Assembly (NCBI GenBank): GCA_020353535.1
Contig: CP070696.1
Span: 1,821,989-1,885,988, forward strand
Direction of reading: 5' to 3'
Source: Spirochaetaceae bacterium
GTDB lineage: Bacteria > Spirochaetota > Spirochaetia > SZUA-6 > DRHE01
DNA length: 64,000 bases
Shown here piece by piece: positions 1 through 8,645 of the stretch; the stretch's first letter is position 1, and every line of letters starts with the position of its first letter. A program made the position numbers and the translations under genes. The notes below the pieces were generated by a model that searched no databases, was not told the DNA's origin, and saw only the letters and a program-made list of their open reading frames with translations.

Positions 1-2
1 CC

Positions 3-998
3 GCCTCCAGCGCGGTTTTCTCTGCCTACTATCTCATGAAACTCTTCCAGGAGGCAGGGTTGCCGGAAGGTGTCATCAATTTCATTCCGGGACCCGGCGC
101 GGAGATAGGGCCGTTGGTAATGAACTCACCTGAGTTGGCGGGCGTGCATTTCACCGGCAGCACCGAAACCTTCAGGCAGATGTGGCAGACTTTAGGCAAG
201 AACATACAACACTACCGTTCGTATCCGAGGATCGTCGGCGAGACCGGTGGAAAGGATTTCATATTCGCCCACCGGAGCACTGACCTACAGGCTCTGGGAG
301 TGGCACTGATCCGGGGGGCTTTTGAGTACCAGGGGCAGAAATGTTCCGCCGTTTCCCGCGCCTATATCCCCCGCGGACTCTGGGAGGATCTCAAGGTCTA
401 TCTGATCGAAGAGTTGAACACAGTAACAGTGGGGGATGTGGAAGATTTCGGTGCTTTCATGAACGCCGTGATCGATAGGACAGCCTTCGACAAGATTTCC
501 ACATATATCGACTACGCGAAGAAAGCCGATCGAGCTTCCATTGTCTACGGCGGCGAGTGTGATGACAGGCGGGGATTTTTCATAAGGCCTGCGGTGGTGC
601 TTACCGACGATCCACACTTTCGGACCATGCAGGAGGAGATTTTCGGTCCGGTACTGACGATATATCTCTACGACGAGGACCGTTATGTCGAAACACTCGA
701 GCTGTGCGACAAGACCTCTCCCTACGCCCTTACCGGAGCCATTTTCGCCCGGGATCGCCAGGCTGTGGCGGTGGCGCAGCAAAAGTTGGAGAACGCGGCA
801 GGAAATTTCTACATCAACGACAAACCCACCGGTGCCGTGGTGGGGCAGCAGCCCTTCGGCGGCGCCCGGGCCAGCGGTACCAACGATAAGGCCGGGAGCC
901 TCTGGAACCTGCTTCGCTGGGCGAGCCCTCGGGCCATTAAGGAGAATTTTGTTCCGTCCCGGGACTATCGCTACCCCTTCATGGAGGCGGAGAGCTAG
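3..998 (+). CDS. pruA: L-glutamate gamma-semialdehyde (1-pyrroline-5-carboxylate) dehydrogenase, ALDH4A1-like; 5' end cut by window edge
   Basis: Frame is open from base 3, with no stop before the first Met at 36. Aldehyde dehydrogenase motifs FTGSTETF and EYQGQKCSA (catalytic Cys). C-terminal VVGQQPFGGARASGTNDKAGS is typical of the PruA/ALDH4A1 clade. Confidence 0.85.
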   Translation, partial: ASSAVFSAYYLMKLFQEAGLPEGVINFIPGPGAEIGPLVMNSPELAGVHFTGSTETFRQMWQTLGKNIQHYRSYPRIVGETGGKDFIFAHRSTDLQALGVALIRGAFEYQGQKCSAVSRAYIPRGLWEDLKVYLIEELNTVTVGDVEDFGAFMNAVIDRTAFDKISTYIDYAKKADRASIVYGGECDDRRGFFIRPAVVLTDDPHFRTMQEEIFGPVLTIYLYDEDRYVETLELCDKTSPYALTGAIFARDRQAVAVAQQKLENAAGNFYINDKPTGAVVGQQPFGGARASGTNDKAGSLWNLLRWASPRAIKENFVPSRDYRYPFMEAES

Positions 999-1038
999 GG
1001 CATCAAGCGCAGCGCAATAGCGAGAGAGAGAGAAGAAC

Positions 1039-3336
1039 ATGGGGAAGAGCAAAACACTGCAATGGCTTGGGAATGAGGCGACACCCGTCTCTCTGAATGT
1101 GCGAATCCTGGAAACTTCCCCCTGCGGCGTGAACTGCCCGCTGGGGACCAATGTCAAAGCGTATGTCTCCCTGATCGCCGCCGGGCGTTTTCTGGATGCA
1201 CTGGAGGAGATTCGCCGGACCAATCCCTTCCCCGGGATCTGCGGTCGGGTCTGTCATCATCCCTGCGAGGAGCAATGTCTGCGAAAGGATTTTGACGAGG
1301 CCTTGGCCATTGCCGCCCTGAAGCGTTTCGTGGCGGATTACGAGCTGCGTCGCGGAATCATTCCCCGCTTCTCTCCCGCGCGACCGGGGGGTGAGAAGGT
1401 GGCGGTGATAGGTTCGGGACCCGCGGGATTGACTTGCGCGGCCGATCTGGCCCGTCAGGGCTGCCAGGTTACCGTATTCGAGGCCTCTCCCGTTCCAGGG
1501 GGCATGCTATCCACCGGCATTCCCGCCTATCGTCTGCCCCGAGATATCCTCCACTTTGAAATTGAGGCCATTCGAGCCCTGGGTGTGGATATCAAGGTGG
1601 ATACCCGTATCGGGGACAGAATCAGCTTCGACCAGGTTGCCGACAGGCATCGGGCCGTGTTTATCGCCACCGGGGCTCAGCGCCCGGTCCACCTGGAAAT
1701 CCCGGGTGAGGGGGAGGTGCGGCAAGGTTTGATCGATTGGGTTTCGTTGCTGAAAGAGGCGGCTTTGGGCCGAGCGCAGAGACCGGGCAAACGGGTAGTG
1801 GTAGTCGGGGGCGGTGATACCGCAGTGGACAGTGCCCGGGTAGCAACCCGTCTGGGTGCTGAAAGCGTGCGGCTGCTCTACCGGCGTTCCCGGGAACAGA
1901 TGCCGGCTCATCCCGTAGGGGTCAAGGATGCCGAAGCGGAAGGAATCATCTTCTCCTTTCTCGCCACCCCGGTGCGGCTGGTGATCCGGGAGGGTAGATT
2001 GGAAGGGGTGGAGTGCATCCGCCTACGCCTGGGCGGGAAGGATAAAAGCGGCCGCCCGCGCCCGCTGCCGGTGCCGGGATCGGAGTTCCTGGTTCCCTGC
2101 GATGCCCTGATTCCGGCCATCGGGCAGAAGCTGGATAGCTCCTTCCTGGCAGAGGGACATGGCCTGGAGATCACCGAGGAGAATCTCCTCTTCGTGCATG
2201 AGAATACCCTGGAGACCTCCCGGGTCGGGGTATTCGGCGGCGGGGATGCGGTTAGCGGTCCGGCCAGCGTGGTGGAGGCTATCGCCGCGGGACACCGCGC
2301 GGCCAGCTCCATCCTACGCCACCTCCAGGGCTTGCCTCTAAAGGCTGGAGGCGAAGGTGCTCCGCATCATGAGTTGGCCCTTGAGTTACTCCCGCCGGTG
2401 CGCAAGGGCCGCAACCAGAGCCCCCGTCTATCCCTGGAGGAGAGTCGGGAATCTTTCAGGGAAATCGAACAGGGCTTAAGCGAAGCGGAAGCTATCGAAG
2501 AAGCTCAACGCTGTCTGCGCTGCGGACCCTGCCTGGAGTGTCGGATCTGCGTGGGAGTTTGCCAGAGCAAGCAGCTCATCCTTGAACGGGATTCCCGGAG
2601 TGCCGGATCTGGATACTCTATGGAGCACATGCTGTTTCGGCTGCCTCTGGAAACCTGCAGGGAGATCGCTGCCGGGGATAACGTTCCGCTTCGTTACGAT
2701 GGCAGACTCTATCGGGCTTCGGCAGTCACCGTTAAGATCAATGACATTCTCTGCCGGGGCTGCGGAATGTGTGAAGAAACCTGCGATTATAAGGCCATCC
2801 GGGTTTCTTACCGGAGGGACGGTTTTTTTATTGCTCAGGTTGAGGAGGATATGTGCCGTGGCTGTGGCACCTGCGTCTCCGTCTGCCCTACCGGAGCCGT
2901 AGATCAGGGTTTTTTCAGTAGTGACAGGATAATGGGGCAGGTCAAGGAGGTCTTGAGGCCAAAAAAGCAGGAGCTCCCTGTTCTCCTGTTGGCTTGTCGC
3001 TGGAGCGGGGTTGCGCAGATCTTACCTGCCGAAAGGAGAGGGAAACTTGTTGAGCTTATGTGCGTGGGACGTCTAGCAGCGGGAGATCTTCTCCGGATAA
3101 TCGAGCTCGGTGCCGCCGGAGTGCTCATATTGGGCTGTGCAGAGGAGCGTTGCCACTATGGCTTTGGCTGCCGAGTGGCTGAAGACAATCTGCGCCGCCT
3201 CTGCGCGCTGTTGGAGCTGCTGGGCATTCCTGCGGACAGGATTCGGTTGCTTCGGAGTGTGGAGGCTGGATCTGAAGAATTGGCTTTCGAAGTGGAGAGT
3301 TTTATAAGGGAGCTCAACTCCCGAGAGGTTGGTTAG
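1039..3336 (+). CDS. GltD/NfnB-like NAD(P)H:FAD oxidoreductase fused to 2x[4Fe-4S] ferredoxin and a C-terminal MvhD/FlpD-like domain
   Basis: N-terminal Cys cluster (CGVNCP...ICGRVCHHPCEEQC). Two dinucleotide folds (VAVIGSGPAGL, VVVVGGGDTAVD) and GGGDAV...AIAAGHRAA. Ferredoxin motifs CLRCGPCLECRIC, CRGCGMCEETC and CRGCGTCVSVCP. The tail LLLACRWSG...LMCVGR...GVLILGCAEERCHYGFG resembles the methyl-viologen-reducing hydrogenase delta subunit domain. Confidence 0.8.
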   Translation: MGKSKTLQWLGNEATPVSLNVRILETSPCGVNCPLGTNVKAYVSLIAAGRFLDALEEIRRTNPFPGICGRVCHHPCEEQCLRKDFDEALAIAALKRFVADYELRRGIIPRFSPARPGGEKVAVIGSGPAGLTCAADLARQGCQVTVFEASPVPGGMLSTGIPAYRLPRDILHFEIEAIRALGVDIKVDTRIGDRISFDQVADRHRAVFIATGAQRPVHLEIPGEGEVRQGLIDWVSLLKEAALGRAQRPGKRVVVVGGGDTAVDSARVATRLGAESVRLLYRRSREQMPAHPVGVKDAEAEGIIFSFLATPVRLVIREGRLEGVECIRLRLGGKDKSGRPRPLPVPGSEFLVPCDALIPAIGQKLDSSFLAEGHGLEITEENLLFVHENTLETSRVGVFGGGDAVSGPASVVEAIAAGHRAASSILRHLQGLPLKAGGEGAPHHELALELLPPVRKGRNQSPRLSLEESRESFREIEQGLSEAEAIEEAQRCLRCGPCLECRICVGVCQSKQLILERDSRSAGSGYSMEHMLFRLPLETCREIAAGDNVPLRYDGRLYRASAVTVKINDILCRGCGMCEETCDYKAIRVSYRRDGFFIAQVEEDMCRGCGTCVSVCPTGAVDQGFFSSDRIMGQVKEVLRPKKQELPVLLLACRWSGVAQILPAERRGKLVELMCVGRLAAGDLLRIIELGAAGVLILGCAEERCHYGFGCRVAEDNLRRLCALLELLGIPADRIRLLRSVEAGSEELAFEVESFIRELNSREVG

Positions 3337-3341
3337 ACCGG

Positions 3342-4496
3342 ATGGCAGTGATGTTCGATCCAGCCCAACTGAATGAAGAATACGGTATTCCGGTTATTCT
3401 GAAGCACAGCCGGAGGCTCAACCAGCTCTGTTCCGTAGCCGGGGTGAATCCGAATTTTTCTCCGGAGAGGATCGCCCGGTTGGCTGAGGGGAATCCCGAG
3501 CAGCTTGTACAGAGTCCGTTGATCTGGGAGTGTTTGACCTGCGGACTCTGTCGAGAGGTCACGGACGGCCGCGGGGATATGGCGCGCTTCATCCGCGCAG
3601 TCCGCCGCGAGGCGTTGCGGCGGGGCATTGCCGGTTCCGATACCCACGGCGGGATAATGCTGACAGCCCAGCGAATCGATGCCCTTGGTAAGGTGCAAGC
3701 GGACCGCAACGCCTGGATCGCTGGTGAGGAGGATCTAAAAGTGGAGCGCCGCCAGGGTGACACCTTGTACTGGGTGGGGGCTGCCCCTTTCTTAGACTCC
3801 ACCTTTCCCGATCTAGGATCCACGGCTTTGGAATCGGCCCGCGCTGCAATCCGGCTGCTCAATCATCTGGGAATACGACCGGTAGTCCTGGAGCAAGAGC
3901 GCTTTTCCGGCCACGACCTGCTGTGGACCGGAGATCGGGAGGGATTTAGCAGTCTGGCGGCAATGAACATGCAGGCGATCCGGGACAGCGGGGCTAAAAC
4001 CGTGATCGTTTCCTCCCCGGAAGATTGTCATACCCTGAAGATGAGCTACAAGGAGCTGGTAGGGGAATTAGGAGTTGAAGTTCTTCATCTATCAGAGTTT
4101 CTGGCCGATCGGCTGTCCCAGCTCAGCTTCTCCGAGTGGCCGCACCGGATAAGTTACCACGATCCCTGCCGCCTGGGTCGCGGCTTGGGGGTGTACGATG
4201 CGCCCCGGAAGGTGCTGAGAGGGGTACCCGGGCTGGAACTGGTAGAGATGGAGCACTCCCGGGAGATGGCCCGGTGCTGTGGCACTTCCTGCTGGATCAA
4301 CTGTACGCGATATTCCAAACTGATGCAGGTGAGACGTTTGCAGGAGGCTGGAGCGACAGGCGCCGAAGCTCTGGTCACTCCCTGTTCACAATGCGTCCTG
4401 CACTTTCGTTGCGCCACCAGGGCCGAAGCCTGGACCCAGGTGCGAATGGATGTCCGGGACTGGACGGTTTTTCTGGCAGGAGTGTTGCAGGAGTAG
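3342..4496 (+). CDS. HdrD/HdrB-like CCG-domain (Fe-S)-binding protein
   Basis: CLTCGLCREV ferredoxin-like motif plus cysteine-rich CCG-type repeats (SPEDCHTLK; YHDPCRLGRGLG...ARCCGTSC; LVTPCSQC). Starts 5 nt after the upstream stop. Confidence 0.75.
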   Translation: MAVMFDPAQLNEEYGIPVILKHSRRLNQLCSVAGVNPNFSPERIARLAEGNPEQLVQSPLIWECLTCGLCREVTDGRGDMARFIRAVRREALRRGIAGSDTHGGIMLTAQRIDALGKVQADRNAWIAGEEDLKVERRQGDTLYWVGAAPFLDSTFPDLGSTALESARAAIRLLNHLGIRPVVLEQERFSGHDLLWTGDREGFSSLAAMNMQAIRDSGAKTVIVSSPEDCHTLKMSYKELVGELGVEVLHLSEFLADRLSQLSFSEWPHRISYHDPCRLGRGLGVYDAPRKVLRGVPGLELVEMEHSREMARCCGTSCWINCTRYSKLMQVRRLQEAGATGAEALVTPCSQCVLHFRCATRAEAWTQVRMDVRDWTVFLAGVLQE

Positions 4497-4499
4497 GGT

Positions 4500-6581
4500 A
4501 TGAGCCGGATCGAAGAACATCCAATCCTGACAATAGAACCTCGCCGGGATATACCCTTCACCTTCGACGGTAAGAGGTATCTGGCCAAGGAAGGGGAGGT
4601 CATCTCTTCGGCCCTGCTGGCTCAGGGAATCAGTATCCTCGGCCGTCATCACAAGGATGCGGCGCCTCAAGGTATCTTCTGCGCCAATGGCCAATGTGCC
4701 CAGTGCATGGTGATGGCCGACGGCTATCCGGTAAAGGCCTGCCTGACCGTGGTCAAGCCCGGCATGAGTGTAGAGCCCTGTCGGGGGATGCCGGCCATTC
4801 CGGCGGATGATGGGATTCCACAAATGACCGACGTTCCGCTGATCAAGATCCCGGTGCTCATCATCGGAGGCGGTCCGGCGGGGCTTTCGGGTGCCATCGA
4901 GCTGGCCAAGGCGGGGGTCCGCTGCCTCATCGTCGATGATAAGCAGAGGTTGGGGGGAAAGCTCACTCTCCAGACCCACAATTTCTTCGGATCCCGGGGA
5001 GACTGCTACGCCGGTACCCGGGGCACAAACATCGCCCTGCTTTTGGAAGAGGAACTGCGGACCTTTGGGACCGAGCTGGTGCAGACCTGGCTGTCCTCTC
5101 CCGCCGTGGCTATTTTTTCAGACGGCAAGGTGGGCATTGTGAAGCAGGGGCGCTACGTATTGGTAGAGCCGGAGATCCTGCTGGTGGCCTGCGGCGCTCG
5201 TGAAAAGTCCCTGGCTTTCCCCGGCTGGGATCTGCCCGGCGTGTTCGGAGCGGGAGCCTTCCAGACGCTGGTAAATCGGGACTTCGTCCGGCCTGCCGAG
5301 CGCCTCTTTATATGCGGGGGCGGCAACGTTGGTTTGATCGCCGCCTATCATGCCTTACAGGCGGGTGTCGCCGTGGTTGGGCTGGTGGAGGCGCTCCCCG
5401 AGTGCGGCGGGTATAAGGTGCACCTGGACAAGCTGCTGCGACTCGGGGTGCCCGTCTATAACTCCCACACGGTCCTGCGGGCCGAAGGTCAGGAGCACTT
5501 GGAGCGCGTGGTTGTGGGACGGATCGATGATGACTTCCGCCCCGTGCCGGGGGACGAAAAGATCTTCGAAGTGGATACTCTGTTGGTTGCCGTGGGGCTG
5601 GCTCCACTGAATGAGCTATACAAGAAAGCCAGGAAGTACGGGCTGAGGGCATTCGCCGCCGGCGATGCCGAACAGATCGCCGAGGCCAGCGCGGCGATGT
5701 TCAGCGGCCGTATTCAGGGTCGGCGGATACTGAAAGCTCTGGACAGACCAACAATCCTGCCCCGCGAGTGGGAACCCCTCCTGGACACCCTACGAGGCAA
5801 ACCGGGCCGGAAACAGGATCGTTCCCCTCACATCCTTCCCGGAAAGATCTATCCGATTATCCGCTGCCTCCAGGAGATCCCATGTAATCCCTGTACAGAG
5901 CTCTGCCCCAGGCTGGCCATCAGGATTGAAGGAGGTAAATTGACGGGGTGGCCCTTCTTCGAGGGCGAGCAGTGCCTGGGCTGCGCTCGCTGCGTCAGTG
6001 CATGTCCGGGGCTGGCCATCGTTCTGGTGGACGAGAGCTACGATCCTGGGCGGGATCGGGCTCTCCTGATCCTTCCCTTTGAGCTCAGCGACGGCATGCT
6101 GCGACCTGGAAGCCAGGTGATCACCGTGGGACCGGCTGGGGAGCCCGTCGGTCGGGGTACCGTGGTTGCCACCCGTGATGCGCCCAGCCAGGATCATCGC
6201 CGCCTGATCCTCCTGGAAGTGCCCTTTGCTGATCGACTCGGTGTGGCCGGTTTCAGCTCGGGCGAGCCGCAAAAGGCTGCTCCTGCTGCGGTATCGGCCG
6301 AGGATCGGGAGGCGATCATTTGCCGCTGCGAGCGGGTCACCCGGGGGGAGATCGTGGACCTGATCCAAGGAGGATATCGGGATATCAATCAGCTCAAGGC
6401 AGCCCTGCGGGTTGGAATGGGAGCCTGCGGCGGCAAGACCTGTCAGGATCTTATCTTGCGCTTGTTCCAAGAGGAGGGTGTGAATTTAGGGGAGGTGACA
6501 CCCTTGGTAGAGCGGCCGCTGGAGATGGAGATCCCCCTGCGGGTGTTCGCCGGAGCCGTCGATGTGGAGACTGGGGAATAA
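4500..6581 (+). CDS. Multi-domain FAD/NAD oxidoreductase, HcnA+HcnB / OoxA / proline dehydrogenase alpha-like, with extra Fe-S domains
   Basis: N-terminal 2Fe-2S-type segment (FCANGQCAQCMV...C). GxGxxG folds (VLIIGGGPAGLSGA, FICGGGNVGL). Ferredoxin-like CNPCTELCP and CLGCARCVSACPG. BFD-like CRCERVTRGEI...CGGKTC near the C-terminus. Confidence 0.75.
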   Translation: MSRIEEHPILTIEPRRDIPFTFDGKRYLAKEGEVISSALLAQGISILGRHHKDAAPQGIFCANGQCAQCMVMADGYPVKACLTVVKPGMSVEPCRGMPAIPADDGIPQMTDVPLIKIPVLIIGGGPAGLSGAIELAKAGVRCLIVDDKQRLGGKLTLQTHNFFGSRGDCYAGTRGTNIALLLEEELRTFGTELVQTWLSSPAVAIFSDGKVGIVKQGRYVLVEPEILLVACGAREKSLAFPGWDLPGVFGAGAFQTLVNRDFVRPAERLFICGGGNVGLIAAYHALQAGVAVVGLVEALPECGGYKVHLDKLLRLGVPVYNSHTVLRAEGQEHLERVVVGRIDDDFRPVPGDEKIFEVDTLLVAVGLAPLNELYKKARKYGLRAFAAGDAEQIAEASAAMFSGRIQGRRILKALDRPTILPREWEPLLDTLRGKPGRKQDRSPHILPGKIYPIIRCLQEIPCNPCTELCPRLAIRIEGGKLTGWPFFEGEQCLGCARCVSACPGLAIVLVDESYDPGRDRALLILPFELSDGMLRPGSQVITVGPAGEPVGRGTVVATRDAPSQDHRRLILLEVPFADRLGVAGFSSGEPQKAAPAAVSAEDREAIICRCERVTRGEIVDLIQGGYRDINQLKAALRVGMGACGGKTCQDLILRLFQEEGVNLGEVTPLVERPLEMEIPLRVFAGAVDVETGE

Positions 6582-6583
6582 CC

Positions 6584-7750
6584 ATGGGCGGGAGCTATGA
6601 TGCCATTGTAGTAGGCGGGGGAAGCGTGGGTGTTCCTACAGCCTTTTACCTGACCCAGGAAGGGCAAAAGGTTCTCGTGGTGGAATCGGAACCGACCGTG
6701 GGTCAGGGGCAAAACAAGGCGGCCATTGGAGGAGTGCGGGCAACCCATTCCGATGCGGCCAAAATCCTGATCTGCCAGGAGAGCTTGCGTATCTTTAAAG
6801 AATGGCAGCAGACCTACGGTCAAAACATAGGCTGGAAAAAGGGTGGGTACTGCTTCGTCGCCTATACCCCTCGGGAAGAGGGTATCCTCAAGGATCTGCT
6901 TCCGGTTCAAAAGTCCTTTGGTCTGAACATCGATTGGCAGGATGCCCAGAGCATCCGTGAGGTGATTCCGGGCATTCAGCCGACCGGATTGCTGGGCGGT
7001 ACCTTTTCCCCCGAGGATGGTCAGGTATCGCCGCTGCTGGCCGTCGATGCCATGTTCCGGGAGTCCCGCAGTCGCGGCTGCACCTATCATTTCAGAGAAA
7101 AGGTGACAGGTTTGCACATCCGGGCTGAGCGTGTCCGGGGCGTTCGTACCGACAAGGACAGCTATAACGCCCCAGTTGTGGTCAACGCCGCCGGAGCCCA
7201 GGCTCGGGAGATCGGCGTCCTGGCCGGATTGGAGGTTCCTGTGATTCCGGACAGCCACGAAGCCGGGATATCCGCCCCGATGGCGCAATTCCTCGGGCCA
7301 CTGGTGGTGGATCTCCGACCAGGACCGGAGGGAAAGACGGCCAATTTCTACTTCGCCCAGACCAAGGAAGGCCCGATCATCTTCTGCTATACTCCTAAGA
7401 ATATCTTCGTGGGAACCGATCGGGAACCGACGTCGGAGTTCCTGCCTATCGTCTCGCGGCGGTTGATCGACCTGCTGCCGCGTTTGAAGAACGTACTGGT
7501 TCGCCGCATCTGGCGGGGGCTCTACCCTATGACACCGGATGGTCTGCCGATCTGTGATCACGTGCGCCAGGTGGACGGCTTGTACCTGGCTGTAGGAATG
7601 TGCGGTCAGGGTTTTATGATGGGACCGGGAATTGCCCGCAACCTGGTTCATCTGATCACCCACGGCAGGCCCCTGATCGAGCCATCGATCTTCAGCGCCT
7701 TAAGCTTCTACCGGGATTTCGGGACCGCTAAAAAAGAAAAACTAAAATAG
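6584..7750 (+). CDS. FAD-dependent DAO-family dehydrogenase (SoxB/OoxB/HcnC/proline dehydrogenase beta-like)
   Basis: ATG at 6584 gives MGGSYDAIVVGGGSVG (a classic FAD fold at the N-terminus), 2 nt after the upstream stop. The ORF-track start at 6320 would overlap the upstream gene by about 260 nt and adds low-complexity R/G-rich sequence. Confidence 0.8.
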   Translation: MGGSYDAIVVGGGSVGVPTAFYLTQEGQKVLVVESEPTVGQGQNKAAIGGVRATHSDAAKILICQESLRIFKEWQQTYGQNIGWKKGGYCFVAYTPREEGILKDLLPVQKSFGLNIDWQDAQSIREVIPGIQPTGLLGGTFSPEDGQVSPLLAVDAMFRESRSRGCTYHFREKVTGLHIRAERVRGVRTDKDSYNAPVVVNAAGAQAREIGVLAGLEVPVIPDSHEAGISAPMAQFLGPLVVDLRPGPEGKTANFYFAQTKEGPIIFCYTPKNIFVGTDREPTSEFLPIVSRRLIDLLPRLKNVLVRRIWRGLYPMTPDGLPICDHVRQVDGLYLAVGMCGQGFMMGPGIARNLVHLITHGRPLIEPSIFSALSFYRDFGTAKKEKLK

Positions 7751-7790
7751 AGCACATTCTTGGTAAGGGCGAGTCTGGTATGAGCCTCTC

Positions 7791-8645
7791 ATGTTTACTT
7801 TTCCCTGCCCTTGTACTACACTCCACATGCTTAAAATGAAAGGAACACCCGGTTTGGTGAAGAGTATAGGCTTTGTCGGCGGGGGAAATATGGGTTTTGC
7901 CCTGGCCAGGACGATTACTGAACGCTTTCCCGGCGCAGCAATAAACGTATTCGATATCAACGGAGATAGACTGGCTCTTTTTGAGCAAGAGCTGCCGGAG
8001 GTACGGACTGTCGACGGTCCACGAGAACTAGCAGAGGCATCAGAAGTGATGTTTCTGTCTGTCAAACCTCAGGACATTCAGCCTGTGCTGGAAGCGATTT
8101 GGGACACCGAGCGGCTGTTGATCTCGATCGCCGCCGGGGTGCCCATCAAACGGATCGAAGGGGTGTGCAGCCGGGCTCGAGTGGTGCGGGTGATGCCCAA
8201 CACGCCATGTCTGGTCGGGGCCATGGCCGCGGGTTATGCCTTTGGATCCAGGATCCGGCCACCGGACCGGGAGCTGGTTAGGCAGCTGCTGGGCGCGGCG
8301 GGCTATGCCGCGGAGGTGGAGGAACAGCTGCTGGATGGGGTGACCGGCTTAAGCGGATCCGGACCGGCCTTTGTCGCCCGCCTGATCGAGGCCTTCATCG
8401 CAGCGGGCAAGGGGCTCGGCCTGGAGCCCGAGGTGGCGCGAAATCTGTCGATCCAGACCTTTTTGGGAACGGCCAAATTGCTGGCCGATACCGGCATGGA
8501 TCCTCAGAAGCTTGTTGACCTGGTCAGCTCACCCAACGGCACGACCGTAGCCGGGCTGCAGGTACTGGAGACTTCGGATTACGCGCAGGTGATATCCGGG
8601 ACGATTCAAGCCGCTGCGGTGCGCAGCAGGGAGTTAGGCCGATGA
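7791..8645 (+). CDS. proC: Pyrroline-5-carboxylate reductase
   Basis: IGFVGGGNMG NADPH fold, MPNTPCLVG, SGSGPAF and SSPNGTT motifs. The true start may be the ATG at 7827 or 7836 (MKGTPGLVKSIGFVGGGNMG). Confidence 0.9.
   Translation: MFTFPCPCTTLHMLKMKGTPGLVKSIGFVGGGNMGFALARTITERFPGAAINVFDINGDRLALFEQELPEVRTVDGPRELAEASEVMFLSVKPQDIQPVLEAIWDTERLLISIAAGVPIKRIEGVCSRARVVRVMPNTPCLVGAMAAGYAFGSRIRPPDRELVRQLLGAAGYAAEVEEQLLDGVTGLSGSGPAFVARLIEAFIAAGKGLGLEPEVARNLSIQTFLGTAKLLADTGMDPQKLVDLVSSPNGTTVAGLQVLETSDYAQVISGTIQAAAVRSRELGR

Noticed and set aside
285-1223. 312-aa ORF on the minus strand overlapping pruA. The same class of long antisense ORFs occurs at 6443-7663, 9200-9931, 9874-10689, 23294-24058, 30783-31562, 45741-46394 and 55362-56039.
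   Set aside because: Each lies antisense to a gene with clear family motifs. Their translations are low-complexity (R/P/G/L-rich) with no recognisable domains. Long shadow ORFs are expected in G+C-rich coding DNA.
1039-4496. Possible selenocysteine (in-frame TGA) in the Hdr/MvhD-like genes or in msrB (20358-20783), as occurs in some anaerobes.
   Set aside because: All these ORFs are continuous without read-through, and the relevant catalytic positions are encoded as Cys.
6320-6583. Upstream extension of the DAO-family gene (ORF-track start at 6320).
   Set aside because: It would overlap the preceding gene by about 260 nt and add an R/G/P-rich tail. The ATG at 6584 places the FAD-binding GxGxxG at the very N-terminus, as in homologues.
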